From positions 672,001 to 736,000 of the forward strand of contig CAVSGI010000010.1 in assembly GCA_963727445.1 (NCBI GenBank): DNA of 64,000 nt, in the 5' to 3' direction. Of the stretch, positions 30,034-40,237 are shown one piece after another; within the stretch, counting starts at the first letter, position 1, and each line of letters opens with the position of its first letter. The DNA is from an uncultured delta proteobacterium (GTDB taxonomy: Bacteria; Myxococcota_A; Polyangia; Polyangiales; B10-G4). The translations under genes were made by a program, and so were the position numbers. Below the pieces are notes generated by a model that was not told the DNA's origin, made no database searches, and was given only the letters and a program-made list of their open reading frames with translations.

Positions 30034-30198
30034 CTGAGTGGGGACACTGAAATCCGGGACATTTCCGCACCTCGGACGAGGCGATCGGCTATTGGAGTGG
30101 CCGGGCGTCGGAGCCGCGCGTGCGCCGGATGCGGCGATCGAGCCACGTGCACCACACGGGCTCGAGGGGTGCGGAGTCCATCCCTGACACACGCCATC

Positions 30199-30216
30199 TG
30201 TCCGACACTGCGGACA
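30199..30216. promoter_or_regulatory. Candidate enhancer (EBP binding site)
   Basis: Inverted repeat TGTCCG-N6-CGGACA between two divergent sigma54 promoters. Confidence 0.4.
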
Positions 30217-30277
30217 AGAGTCCCTAGCACATCCAGTTTTCGCCCGTGATCTCGGCACCTGGCCTTCGGTGGGGAGG

Positions 30278-30293
30278 GGGCACAGCCCTTGCT
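30278..30293 (+). promoter_or_regulatory. sigma54 promoter for the DUF1592 operon
   Basis: GGGCACAGCCCTTGCT (GG-N10-GC); GTG start about 14 nt downstream. Confidence 0.65.
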
Positions 30294-30306
30294 CACTGCT
30301 CCCTGC

Positions 30307-31956
30307 GTGCGGCACCTCTGCCTCTTCTTCGCTCTCCTCGCAGGCTGCACCGGTGCGATCTCCGACCCGCCGTCCGCGCCCGGCGGCCCGAGCCCGAGCG
30401 ATCCCCGTGCCCCGGGAACGGAGGTCGGGCCCTTCGCGCCGGGCCCGGCCACCATGCCCCGCCTCACCCAGGTCCAATACGCCAACGCCGTCGCGGACCT
30501 CTTCGGCGCCGGACTGCCGAGGATCAGCCTCGAAGCCGATCAGAACCCCCACCTCTTCTTCAACATCGGCGCCGCGTCGACGACGCTCTCGGAGTACGGC
30601 GCCCAGAGGTACGCGGACTCTGCGGACGCGATCACCGAGGCGCTCTTCACCGACGTCACCCGGCGCGTGGACCTGCTGGGCTGCGTGCCGACGAGCGGCG
30701 CCGACGGATGCGTCGAGCCCGCGCTCGCCGACCTCGGCCGCCGGATCTATCGCCGCCCGCTCACCGACGGCGAGCTCAGTCGCTGGCTCTCGGTCTCCGA
30801 GCAGGCGGGCGCGACCGACCCGTGGGACGGGCCGCGCTTCGCGATCTGGGGAATGCTCCAGTCGCCCAACTTCCTCTACCGTTCGAACGTCGGCGAGCCC
30901 GACCCCGCCGATCCCAGCCGGCGGCGTTACACCTCGTGGGAGATGGCCGAGCGGCTGTCGTTCTTCTTCTGGAACACGACACCCGACGCGGAGCTGCTCG
31001 ACGCCGCCGAACGAGGGGAGCTCCTCGACGATGCGAGTCTCTACGACCAGGCGATGCGGCTCGCCGAGGACACGCGCACGCGCGCGGCGGTGCAGGACTT
31101 CTTCGCGCAGTACCTCGACCTCGGCGGCCTCGCCTCGGTGGAGCGCACCGCCGAACGCTACCCCGAGTGGTCCGAGACCATGGCCTCGTCGATGGAGATG
31201 GAGCTCCGGCTCCTGGTCGACGACATCGTCTTCCGGCGCGACGGGGACCTCCGTGAGCTCTTCTCGACCCGTCGCACCTTCGTGAACAGCGAGCTTGCGA
31301 CGCTCTATGGTGTGTCGGCACCCGACGCGAGCCCGATCGCCTTCGTGCCCGTGGAGCTGCCGAGCGATGGGCCGCGGGCGGGGATCCTGACCCTCGGCGC
31401 GTTCCTCGCGATGAACGCCCACGAGTCGGAGACATCACCGACGAAGCGCGGCAAGTACGTGCGCGAACGCGTTCTCTGTCAATCGGTCCCGCCTCCTCCC
31501 GACAACGTGAACCTCGATCTGACGCAGAGTGAGGGCGAGACGACCACCCTGCGCGAGCGCCTCGAAGAGCATCGGCAGAACCCGGCCTGCGCGAGCTGCC
31601 ACTCCTTCATCGACCCGCCGGGCTTCCTCTTCGAGAGCTTCGACTCCATCGGTCGCTTCCGCACCGAGGTGGACGGCTACGCCGTCGACACCAGTGGCGA
31701 CCTCGACGGGACGCCCCTCGCCGACGCCACCGATCTCGCCACCGCGCTCCACGACGACCCCCGCGTCCCGGCGTGCATCGTTCGCCAGCTCTTCCGCCAC
31801 GCCAACGCGCGTCTCGAGACGGACTCGGAGGAGGCGGCGCTCGTCGAGCTCGAAGCGGCCTTCGCCGACTCCGGCTATCGCTTCCGCGACCTGATGGTCG
31901 CCCTGGCGATGTCGGAAGGCTTCCGCACGGTCTCGGATTCGGAGGGCTCGCGATGA
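30307..31956 (+). CDS. DUF1592-family lipoprotein (DUF1587/1595/1592/1588/1585) with CxxCH heme motif
   Basis: Lipobox LLAGC, RLTQVQYANAVADL, LQSPNFLYR, RLSFFFW..PD, TSPTKRG, CASCH..IDPPG..FESFD. Confidence 0.92.
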   Translation: MRHLCLFFALLAGCTGAISDPPSAPGGPSPSDPRAPGTEVGPFAPGPATMPRLTQVQYANAVADLFGAGLPRISLEADQNPHLFFNIGAASTTLSEYGAQRYADSADAITEALFTDVTRRVDLLGCVPTSGADGCVEPALADLGRRIYRRPLTDGELSRWLSVSEQAGATDPWDGPRFAIWGMLQSPNFLYRSNVGEPDPADPSRRRYTSWEMAERLSFFFWNTTPDAELLDAAERGELLDDASLYDQAMRLAEDTRTRAAVQDFFAQYLDLGGLASVERTAERYPEWSETMASSMEMELRLLVDDIVFRRDGDLRELFSTRRTFVNSELATLYGVSAPDASPIAFVPVELPSDGPRAGILTLGAFLAMNAHESETSPTKRGKYVRERVLCQSVPPPPDNVNLDLTQSEGETTTLRERLEEHRQNPACASCHSFIDPPGFLFESFDSIGRFRTEVDGYAVDTSGDLDGTPLADATDLATALHDDPRVPACIVRQLFRHANARLETDSEEAALVELEAAFADSGYRFRDLMVALAMSEGFRTVSDSEGSR

Positions 31957-33323
31957 TCACGCGCCGGCGTCTCAGCCGACGAACCTTTCTCCGCGGAACG
32001 GCGGCGGGCACCGCGGTCGCTCTCGCACTCCCGACCCTCGAGGCGATGCTGAACGTCGACGGTGTCTCCGCCGACGACCCGAGGCCCGCTCCCTTCTTCG
32101 GGGTCTTCTACTGGGCCAACGGACTCCCCTGGCACGCCGGCCACGGCAGCGAGCAGGCGGCCGCCGGCTACCCCGACCTCTGGACGCCGAGCGCCACCGG
32201 CGCCGGCTTTGATTACACGACGCTGATGACGCCACTCGCCCGCCATCGCGTCTCGGTCGCGACGGGCCTCGAGCCGAAGACCACGATCCCCGGCAGCCCA
32301 CCGGGACAGGGCGATGGGCACATGCGCGGGTTCATGGTGGGGATGACCGGCAATCGGATGCGCTCCGAGGGCTTCGACCACGGCTCTCACACCCTGACCG
32401 CGCTCGATCCGAGCCTCGATCAATACGTGGCACGCCATCCCTCGTTCTACGGAGCGAGCGCGCCGCGCTTCCGAAGCCTCGCGGTCGGCGTGAGCCAGGC
32501 GCGCTTCCACGAGTACGGACACTGGAACGCCATCTCCTACAACGGGCCGGACTCGACGAACGCGCCCATCATGCAGCCGACGCAGCTCTTCGACGCGATC
32601 TTCGACATCCCCGTGGAGACCACCGGCGTCGAGCCACGGCTCTTCGCCCTCGACGCGGTGCTCGAGGACGCCGCCGACCTGCGGCGCACCCTCGGCGCGC
32701 GTGACCAGGAGCGACTCGACGCACACCTCGAGAACGTCTTCGAGCTCCAGCGCCGGCTCACGCCGGAGGAGCTGAGCTGCACGGTGCCGGAGCGACCGGC
32801 CGACGGGGGATCGCTCCACGCCAAGACGCAGAAGATGGCGCACCTGCTGGCGACCGCCGTGAGCTGCGGCATCACGCGGGCCTTCAGCTTCATGCTCACC
32901 TCGCCGGCGTCGACCCACGTCTTTTCCAACCTCGGCGTCAGCGACGGGATGCACAAGTCCTGTCACGACGGCGACTGGGCGGACATCCGCAACATCACGG
33001 TGCATCAGATGGAGGCCTTCGCCCTCTTCCTCGATGCGTTCTCGGAGATCACGCTGCCGACCGGCTCGACGCTCCTCGACGAAGGCCTGATCTACGGCAC
33101 CTCGGAGTACGGCGAGGGCTGGAAGCACAGCGTCGCCGAGCTGCCGGTGGTCTTCGCCGGCCAATCCTCTGGCCGAATCGCTCAGAACGTCCACGTGCGC
33201 CACGCCGGCGGCAACGTCGCGGACGCACAGCTCACCGCGCTGCGCGCGATCGGGCTTCCCGAGACGAGCTGGGGGCGGAACGGGGGCGAGACGTCGTCGG
33301 TCCTTTCCGAGGTGCTGATGTGA
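31953..33323 (+). CDS. DUF1552 family Tat-exported protein
   Basis: ATGA overlap; Tat signal LSRRTFLRG..LALPTLEAM; LGARDQERLDAHL; GSTLLD. Confidence 0.92.
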   Translation: MITRRRLSRRTFLRGTAAGTAVALALPTLEAMLNVDGVSADDPRPAPFFGVFYWANGLPWHAGHGSEQAAAGYPDLWTPSATGAGFDYTTLMTPLARHRVSVATGLEPKTTIPGSPPGQGDGHMRGFMVGMTGNRMRSEGFDHGSHTLTALDPSLDQYVARHPSFYGASAPRFRSLAVGVSQARFHEYGHWNAISYNGPDSTNAPIMQPTQLFDAIFDIPVETTGVEPRLFALDAVLEDAADLRRTLGARDQERLDAHLENVFELQRRLTPEELSCTVPERPADGGSLHAKTQKMAHLLATAVSCGITRAFSFMLTSPASTHVFSNLGVSDGMHKSCHDGDWADIRNITVHQMEAFALFLDAFSEITLPTGSTLLDEGLIYGTSEYGEGWKHSVAELPVVFAGQSSGRIAQNVHVRHAGGNVADAQLTALRAIGLPETSWGRNGGETSSVLSEVLM

Positions 33324-34243
33324 GCCTCCGCGCCCTTCTCTTGGGGCTCGCCCTCTTCGCCGGCTGCGCGACCGCTGCGGATGACGGCATGGGCGGCCTC
33401 AGCGGCAGCGACGGCGGCCTGACCGGTGAGGACGGGTCGAGCCGCCGGGACATCCCGGTGGACTGCGGCGAGCTCGCGCTGTGCGGTGTCACCTGCGCCG
33501 ATCTCGACACCGACCCCGACAACTGTGGTGGATGCGCCCGCACCTGCGTGATCCCGGGCGCGGTGGCGGCCTGTGAAGGCGGCGAATGCGTCATCGGGAG
33601 CTGCGAGGCGGGCTACGCCGACGACAACGGCGATGTCCTCGACGGCTGCGAAGCCACGGCCTCGGGCGGAGGCGGCGGCGGGGGCGCCGCGTGCGTGGCC
33701 AACACGGAGTGCACCACCGAATGCGGCGGCGTCGGTGCGACGGTCTGCGAGGCAGGCGTCGAGAGCTGCGGACACGCCGGCGAGATCTGCAACGCCATGG
33801 ACGACGACTGCAACGGCCAGTGCGACGAGGACGTGGCGGGCGGCTGCCGCGTGGGGGTGCATCGCTCCGCCGGCAACGGCCACCTCTACACCACCGATGC
33901 CGGTCTCGCGGGCCGCGCGCCCTTCCACGTGGAAGCGATGAGCTACTTCCACATCTACGCCTCACCCGGGGGCGCCCTGCGGCCGGTCTTCCTCTGCCGC
34001 AAGCCGAACGGCAGGTACCTGATCACCTCCCGCACCGATTGCGAGATCGGCGTCGCACCGACCGCGACCCTGGGCTATTGGTCGGCGACCGAGACCTGCG
34101 GCGCGGTGCCGCTCTACCGCCTCTACAACGCCTCTGCCGGCGATCACTTCTACACGCTCAACGCCACCGAGCGAGACAACGCAGTCGCGATGTACGGCTA
34201 CGCCTCCGAGGGCATCGCCGCCTACGTCTGGCGCGCACCCTGA
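33320..34243 (+). CDS. Cys-rich lipoprotein (Stig1-like and MopE-like motifs) with C-terminal DUF5648-like domain
   Basis: GTGA overlap; LFAGC; CADLDTDPDNCGGC; EICNAMDDDCNGQCDE; VPLYRLYN..DHFYT..ERD..GYASEGIAAYVW. Confidence 0.85.
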   Translation: MSLRALLLGLALFAGCATAADDGMGGLSGSDGGLTGEDGSSRRDIPVDCGELALCGVTCADLDTDPDNCGGCARTCVIPGAVAACEGGECVIGSCEAGYADDNGDVLDGCEATASGGGGGGGAACVANTECTTECGGVGATVCEAGVESCGHAGEICNAMDDDCNGQCDEDVAGGCRVGVHRSAGNGHLYTTDAGLAGRAPFHVEAMSYFHIYASPGGALRPVFLCRKPNGRYLITSRTDCEIGVAPTATLGYWSATETCGAVPLYRLYNASAGDHFYTLNATERDNAVAMYGYASEGIAAYVWRAP

Positions 34244-34368
34244 ACGAGAGCGGCCCTACCGAACGACTCCCCTCACGGCGCGAACGCCCTGAGTAGGCAC
34301 CGCAGGAAGCGAAGTGCGCGCACGCGCTGGATGTCCGGCGCGGGGAGCGATAGGCTCCGCCGTCGAAC

Positions 34369-35472
34369 GTGCGAAGCTTTGCGGCAGCCCTCGTCGTGCT
34401 TCTCGGGTCGAGCACCGCTTTCGCCGACGACCAGGAGATCCTCGGCGTCGTCCTCTGCGTGGGGGACGTCGATGGGCGCGTCGCCGTCGAGGCGGCGCGC
34501 GACACGGGCGGAGCCACGTGGCGGGCGGCGGAAATCGCCGCGGAGCCGCTTCCCTCCCAGGGAACGCCGGACGAGGCGGTGGCGGCGCTGCGCAGCTTCT
34601 ATCTCGAAGCGGACTTCCTCCGCTGCCTCTCGCAGCTCAGCGATCGACGCCTCGACCGAACGGCGCTCGTCGCCGAAGGGCACCTCGAGGCCGCCGCCGC
34701 GGTTTTCGTCTTCGGAGGCGCCTGCGCCCTCGGCGCGGAAGACGCCGACCTCGCGACGTCGCTCTTCGACGAGCTCGCCGCGCTCGAGCTTCCGGCATCT
34801 CAGGCGCTCGAGGTCGTGAGCCCCGACGTCCAGCAGCTCGCGGAGACGCGACGGCAGGCGCTCGCGCGGCGACGGCGGGTTCACATGCGGCTGGTCTCGA
34901 GCCCCGCCGGGGCCACCCTCGAGGTCGACGGCGTGCGCAAGTGTAGCGCCACCCCGTGCGAGGTGTCCCTGCCACCTGGCGAGCACGTCCTCGTCGTGGA
35001 AGCGCTCGGACACGTCCCGCGCATGGAGCGACGCGCTCTCGAAGGAGGAGACGAGGTCGTCGAGCTCGCGCTCGATCCCGCGCCGAGCGGCGTCGCGCGC
35101 AATCAGCTCGCCGACGCCCTCTACCGCGACGTGTCGCCGGACGACGCCCTCTTCATCCGAGCCGCCTCCCGCGCGCTCGGTGCACGCCTGGTGGTGGCGG
35201 TCTTCGAGCGCGACCACCAGGAGCACGCGGCGATTTACGATCGACAGAACGACCGAGTGGTCGCGGAATCGTCCGTGTCGGCCGAGGAGGGCCCTGCGCT
35301 CGCCGTGCGCACGGTGGTCAACGAGTGGCGCGGCGAGACCGAATCGCGGCCGATCTACGCGAGCCCGTGGTTCTGGGTCGCGACCCTCGGCGCGGCCGCC
35401 GTCGCCGCGGTCATCGTCGGTCTCATCGTCATTCCCCCAGGGCCTCGCTATGACATCGTCTTCGGCAACTGA
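34369..35472 (+). CDS. PEGA domain protein
   Basis: Signal peptide; SSPAGATLEVDG..TPC..LPPGEHVL; C-terminal PIYASPWFW-TM. Confidence 0.82.
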   Translation: MRSFAAALVVLLGSSTAFADDQEILGVVLCVGDVDGRVAVEAARDTGGATWRAAEIAAEPLPSQGTPDEAVAALRSFYLEADFLRCLSQLSDRRLDRTALVAEGHLEAAAAVFVFGGACALGAEDADLATSLFDELAALELPASQALEVVSPDVQQLAETRRQALARRRRVHMRLVSSPAGATLEVDGVRKCSATPCEVSLPPGEHVLVVEALGHVPRMERRALEGGDEVVELALDPAPSGVARNQLADALYRDVSPDDALFIRAASRALGARLVVAVFERDHQEHAAIYDRQNDRVVAESSVSAEEGPALAVRTVVNEWRGETESRPIYASPWFWVATLGAAAVAAVIVGLIVIPPGPRYDIVFGN

Positions 35473-36010
35473 GATCCGGTTCGCGCTGGCGCTCGCGCTC
35501 GTCGCCGGGGGATGCGCCGCGCAGCCCGTCGAGGAGACGCAAGCCCTGGTGTTGGCCGAGAGCCTCGCCTGTCGCATGGCCACGACGCGGGGCGACCAAA
35601 TCAATCACTACCACGCGGTCCTCTACGAGATGATGGGCCCGAACCCCGACGAGAACTCCCCGCCGTGCGCGAATTGCATCGGGACGCCGCGGTGCCGGGC
35701 GGTGGACGAAGCCTGCGGTTGCACCGAGCCCCACCCGCCTTCGACGGCGCCGATGAACCGACACCTCTCCGGTCTGGGCTTCTTCGACGTGACGCCCCAA
35801 CGGCCCTACTGCATCGCCATGATCGGTGTGGACGACCCGGCGTCTACGACAGCGCCCGGTGATCCCTCCCACGCCTGCGATTGCGTCGATCCGCGAACGA
35901 CGAGCATCACGTCCTGCGGCGTGACGCCCTTCCCCGGGGTGGCCGAAGACAACGCCGGCGCCGTCTTCGTCTTCATGGAGTGCGGCGGGGCTTGTGCCCT
36001 GGCTCCATGA
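35450..36010 (+). CDS. Cys-rich lipoprotein
   Basis: Lipobox VAGGC, about 12 Cys; overlaps the end of the PEGA gene. Confidence 0.72.
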   Translation: MTSSSATEIRFALALALVAGGCAAQPVEETQALVLAESLACRMATTRGDQINHYHAVLYEMMGPNPDENSPPCANCIGTPRCRAVDEACGCTEPHPPSTAPMNRHLSGLGFFDVTPQRPYCIAMIGVDDPASTTAPGDPSHACDCVDPRTTSITSCGVTPFPGVAEDNAGAVFVFMECGGACALAP

Positions 36011-36076
36011 ACGACGAAGACCCCGCGGCCGAAGCCGCGGGGTCCATACGCTCGCGAGCGTTTGCTCGTCTTCGCT

Positions 36077-37123
36077 TCAGAGACGCAGGTTGCAGCTGGT
36101 CTCGGCCCAGCGACCCATGAAGTGCCCCCCCATCTCGGGGCCAGGGATGGACTCGCGATACTCGCCCCCGAGCGCGCCGACCTCTCCGTCACGCGTCACC
36201 CAGCGGCCTCGGTACTGACCGTCGGCGTACTCGCCGCGGAACACGCCCCGGAACTCGCCGTCGGTGCCGATGTACTTGCCGAAGAAGACCTTGCTGCCGT
36301 CGAGGCGCTCGCCGTAGATGCCGCGGACGTGTCCGCGGAGCTCGCCGCCCTCGGAGACCACGCGGCCGATGAAGCGCCCGCGGCCCTCTTCCACCCGGTG
36401 CCAACGGCCCATCATGAAGCCGCTCTGACAGATGTCGACGGGACGTGCCTGGGCGGTGGCAATCATGCGGTTGCCCGTCTCCTCGTCCACCAGGAGCGGA
36501 CGCGGAGCGTCGCGAAGCGCGGCCATCGGGACATGGATGGGATCACCGCCGGAGCCGAGGGGGCCGGGAAGATCGGGGACATAGGTCAGGACGAGGGGCT
36601 CGGGAGCGGCAGGCGTCGGATCGATGATCGACACGATGAGGCCGTCGTGGTCCGGCAGCGTCGCCGAGGTGAAGGGAAGAACGCGGGGATCGCGGCGGGG
36701 AAGCAGGTTGTCCGTCGGGCCTTCGAAGAGGACGGTGCGCTGCGCGATGATCGCGCCGCGATTCACCGTCAACGCGCCGCTCCAATCGTGGGGCGTGTCG
36801 GCGTCGGGGTTGTCGGGGAGCTGGCCCCAGAGGATCACTGCCCGGAAGTGCACGGCGTCCGGCACGTCCCGGAGCGATGCAATCTCCGGGCTCGCGTCCA
36901 TCTCGTCCACGACGGGCACGTCCTCCTCGAGCAACCCGAGCGATGAAAGGAGCTCCGGCTCTCCGAAGGAGGGAGCCTCGTCCACCATCTGCAGCCCGCC
37001 GTTTTCGAGCTCGAGGGCCGAGCCAATCTCGCCCACGTCCTCACTGGATTCGGTCGAGGCTGCGCAGCCCACGAAGAGGATGAGAGCGATGGAAAGAAGA
37101 GATGTCGTTCGCCAGTTCGTCAT
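36077..37123 (-). CDS. Hypothetical lipoprotein with Gly/Arg beta-repeat C-terminus
   Basis: GGAGG RBS, lipobox FVGC, repeated GxFxGxW/Y strands. Confidence 0.82.
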   Translation of the reverse strand: MTNWRTTSLLSIALILFVGCAASTESSEDVGEIGSALELENGGLQMVDEAPSFGEPELLSSLGLLEEDVPVVDEMDASPEIASLRDVPDAVHFRAVILWGQLPDNPDADTPHDWSGALTVNRGAIIAQRTVLFEGPTDNLLPRRDPRVLPFTSATLPDHDGLIVSIIDPTPAAPEPLVLTYVPDLPGPLGSGGDPIHVPMAALRDAPRPLLVDEETGNRMIATAQARPVDICQSGFMMGRWHRVEEGRGRFIGRVVSEGGELRGHVRGIYGERLDGSKVFFGKYIGTDGEFRGVFRGEYADGQYRGRWVTRDGEVGALGGEYRESIPGPEMGGHFMGRWAETSCNLRL

Positions 37124-37151
37124 GTGTCAGTGACCTCCTGCACTCCTCCAT

Positions 37152-37167
37152 CGCAACCGTCGTGCCG
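37152..37167 (-). promoter_or_regulatory. sigma54 promoter for 36077-37123
   Basis: CGGCACGACGGTTGCG, near-consensus GGCACG-N4-TTGC; upstream palindrome CGAAATG-N4-CATTTCG at 37181-37198. Confidence 0.7.
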
Positions 37168-37266
37168 CGGTGCTCACCCCCGAAATGCCCACATTTCGCG
37201 TAGATCTGGGTGGGGGTAGGAGTCCTCCTTGGTGCGCGTGGCCTGTAGGATCGACTCTACAGGCCC

Positions 37267-38829
37267 TTGGTTACTCCGAGTCGCTACCGGTTGATCCGCA
37301 CCATCGCTACGGGTGGGATGGCGCACGTCTACGAAGCCGTCGCTCAAGGGGAGGCCGGCTTCGAGCGACGCGTCGCGCTCAAGCGGATCCTCCCCGAGCT
37401 CGCCGGTGACGCGCGGCTGCAGCGGATGTTCCTCGACGAGGCCCGCATCGCCAGCCACCTGCACCACGGAAACATCGTGCAGGTCCTCGACTACGGGAAG
37501 GTCGACGAGACCGAGTTCATCGCCATGGAGTACGTCGACGGGGTCGACGCGCATCGGGCGGCGACGCGGCGCGAGCCCTTTCCCGAGTCGCTCGCGCTGC
37601 ACGTCACCTCCGAGGTCGCCCATGCCCTCGCGCACGCGCACGAAAAGCGCGACGACGCGGGGCAGCCGCTCGGCATCGTTCATCGGGACGTGAGCCCCCA
37701 GAACGTCCTGTTGAGCTGGGACGGGGACGTCAAGCTCGCTGACTTCGGCATCGCCAAGGCCGCCACCCGCCTCGAAAAGACGCGAACCGGGATCGTGAAG
37801 GGCAAGCTCTCGTACATGGCGCCGGAGCAAGCGGCGGGCGAGAGCGTGGGACCGCCGGCGGACGTCTACGGCCTCGGCGCGACGCTTCACGCCTTGATCA
37901 CGGGCCGGTCTCCCACGTCCGATCCGGGCGGTACGGCGATATCGTCGGACGTCGCGGGGCTCGTCTCCGCGTGCATGCGAACCACTCCGGGGGATCGACC
38001 GACGGCCGAGGAGGTCGCCCTCGAAGCAGGCCGCCTCGCGAGCCAACGCCTCGAGCGGGACGCGCGCGGCGCGCTGCGCGAGTGGCTCGCCCCGCTGAGA
38101 GATCAGGGGAAGATGAGCGCCCTCGACGACTTGATGGGGTTGGTGCTGACGACGCACGAGGACGGCGGCGAGCGGAAGTTCACGGTCGAGCGTCTGGCCG
38201 TCGCCGACACCGTGCCGGCCGACCCGCCCCGCCCCGATCAGGACACCTCGGTCGAGCTGCCCGAGAATCGCCGCGGCATCTACGCGACCGCGGCTTTCGT
38301 CGCGCTCATCGCCGCCGGGGCGGCCCTCGTCATCTGGGGCACGGGCACGACGCACGAGCCCTCCGGCGAAGCGCAGGAGGCGAGCGCCCAGGTCGAAACC
38401 GAGCCAGCCGTGGTTCCGGTCCGGGTGCCGGATCTGCCGACGGGCGTGGATCTCGCGGACCAGGCGCTGCCAGCCATCGACGCGCCTGACACGGGAACAG
38501 CGACCGCCGCGACGCGCCGAAGGCGCTCTCGCCAATCGGGCGCGGCGATGGAGACGGCCGCCGAGACGTCGATGGAAGCCACCGCCGCAGCGACGATGGA
38601 GGCGGAGGCGGTCGCCGCGACCGGTGTGCTGCGCGTCCGTCGTCTCGGCTCGACGCAGGAGTCGATCGAGGTCGACGGCCGCGCGCGGGGCTTCACGCCT
38701 CGCGTCCTCACGCTGCCGGTGGGCGAGCACCGGGTCGTCGTTCGTGACGCGGCCTCGGGCGAGGTGATGCTCGAACGGCGGGTCGAGCTGGCAGCTCACC
38801 ACACCCGCGTCGCGCCGCTCTCGCTCTGA
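37267..38829 (+). CDS. Transmembrane Ser/Thr protein kinase with C-terminal PEGA
   Basis: IATGGMAHVY, VALKRI, HRDVSPQN, DFGIAK, YMAPE; TM; IEVDGRARGFTP..LPVGEHRV. Confidence 0.92.
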   Translation: MVTPSRYRLIRTIATGGMAHVYEAVAQGEAGFERRVALKRILPELAGDARLQRMFLDEARIASHLHHGNIVQVLDYGKVDETEFIAMEYVDGVDAHRAATRREPFPESLALHVTSEVAHALAHAHEKRDDAGQPLGIVHRDVSPQNVLLSWDGDVKLADFGIAKAATRLEKTRTGIVKGKLSYMAPEQAAGESVGPPADVYGLGATLHALITGRSPTSDPGGTAISSDVAGLVSACMRTTPGDRPTAEEVALEAGRLASQRLERDARGALREWLAPLRDQGKMSALDDLMGLVLTTHEDGGERKFTVERLAVADTVPADPPRPDQDTSVELPENRRGIYATAAFVALIAAGAALVIWGTGTTHEPSGEAQEASAQVETEPAVVPVRVPDLPTGVDLADQALPAIDAPDTGTATAATRRRRSRQSGAAMETAAETSMEATAAATMEAEAVAATGVLRVRRLGSTQESIEVDGRARGFTPRVLTLPVGEHRVVVRDAASGEVMLERRVELAAHHTRVAPLSL

Positions 38830-38838
38830 GCGAGGCGC

Positions 38839-40149
38839 TCAGCGCAGCCCGTGACGCCGCAGGAGCGTCAGAAGGTACTGGCGATCCATCTTCGCTCTGC
38901 GCGCCGCCTCCGACGCGTTCCCGTCGCACTCGTCGATCAGGCGAGACAGGTAGCGCTTTTCGAAATCGCCCACGACCGCAGCCCGCGCCTCTTTGTAGGG
39001 GGCGAGCGGTGCGTCGGCCTGCGCGGAGCTGCGCGTGCCGCCGCCGTAGCCCGGGCGCGTCGCGTCGAGGCGCACCTCCCCCATCGCCACCGCGGCCTCG
39101 ACCACGTTGCGGAGCTCGCGGATGTTGCCGCTCCACCGATGCGCGCGGAGCGCGTCGAGTGTCTGGGGCGCGAAGGGCAGCGCATCCTGCCCGGTGATCT
39201 CCATCACGAAGTGGCGAACCAGCGGCTCGATGTCCTCGACGCGGTCCCTGAGGGGCGGGATCTCGATCCGCGCGACGGCCAGCCGGTAGTAGAGGTCGGC
39301 CCGAAACCGGTCTTCGTTGACCTCTCCGCGGAGATCGCGGTGCGTGGCGCACACGACACGGACGTCGACCGACACCTCCTCGCGCCCGCCGACGCGCCGA
39401 AACGCTCTGCGCTCGAGCGCCCCGAGGAGCGACGGCTGGACCTTCATGGGGAGCTCACCGATCTCGTCGAGGAAGATCGTCCCGCCATGAGCGCGCTCGA
39501 ACGCGCCGAGGTGTTGGCGATCGGCGCCTGTGAACGCGCCTCGCTCGTGGCCGAAGAGCTCGGAGGCGACCAGCGTGGCCGGCAGCGATCCGCAGTCGAC
39601 GACGACGAAGGGCCCCGCGCGACGTGGGCTCAGATCGTGGAGCGCACGCGCGACGACCTCCTTGCCCGTCCCCGTCTCGCCGCGCACGAAGACCGAGACG
39701 TCGGAGGCCGAGAGCCGGTGGATGTCCAGGGCCACCCGTCGCATGCTCTCGCTCGCGGCGATCATGGAAGGGATCGAAGGCGCCGACTCGTCCGGCTCTT
39801 CCACCTCCGCGTCGACGCCGCCTACCTCGAAGGTCGTGTCGCCGGCGGTGATGCGCGTCCCCACGGGCACCACGACGTCGTGGATGCGAACCCCGCCGAG
39901 AAAGGTCCCGTTGCGGCTGCCCACGTCGCGCACGCGGACGCCCTCGTGCGCTGGCGAGAGCTCCAGGTGGTAGCGGCTCACCGTTCGGTCGGAGAGGGGC
40001 AGGAGCGTGTCCTCGGCCGTGCCGAGGGTCGCCCCTGGTTCGGTGGCCCGCGCCTCTTTCCCCGCGTCGGGCCCACCCGTCACGCGAACCACGAGCTCAC
40101 GGACGCGGCGTCGTCGGGTGGCCCCCTTGCGAAGCGTGGTGTCGGTCAC
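38839..40149 (-). CDS. FHA-domain sigma54-dependent activator (FHA-AAA+-HTH)
   Basis: FHA ([16 protein letters not shown]), Walker [32 protein letters not shown], Fis-type HTH. Confidence 0.93.
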   Translation of the reverse strand: MTDTTLRKGATRRRRVRELVVRVTGGPDAGKEARATEPGATLGTAEDTLLPLSDRTVSRYHLELSPAHEGVRVRDVGSRNGTFLGGVRIHDVVVPVGTRITAGDTTFEVGGVDAEVEEPDESAPSIPSMIAASESMRRVALDIHRLSASDVSVFVRGETGTGKEVVARALHDLSPRRAGPFVVVDCGSLPATLVASELFGHERGAFTGADRQHLGAFERAHGGTIFLDEIGELPMKVQPSLLGALERRAFRRVGGREEVSVDVRVVCATHRDLRGEVNEDRFRADLYYRLAVARIEIPPLRDRVEDIEPLVRHFVMEITGQDALPFAPQTLDALRAHRWSGNIRELRNVVEAAVAMGEVRLDATRPGYGGGTRSSAQADAPLAPYKEARAAVVGDFEKRYLSRLIDECDGNASEAARRAKMDRQYLLTLLRRHGLR

Positions 40150-40237
40150 GACGGCCTGGAGGATATCAGCACGCCCGTCGAAGTCTCGTCTGCCTGAGGG
40201 TGGGCCCGCTCGCGATGATGTATGCTTGCCGCCTTCG

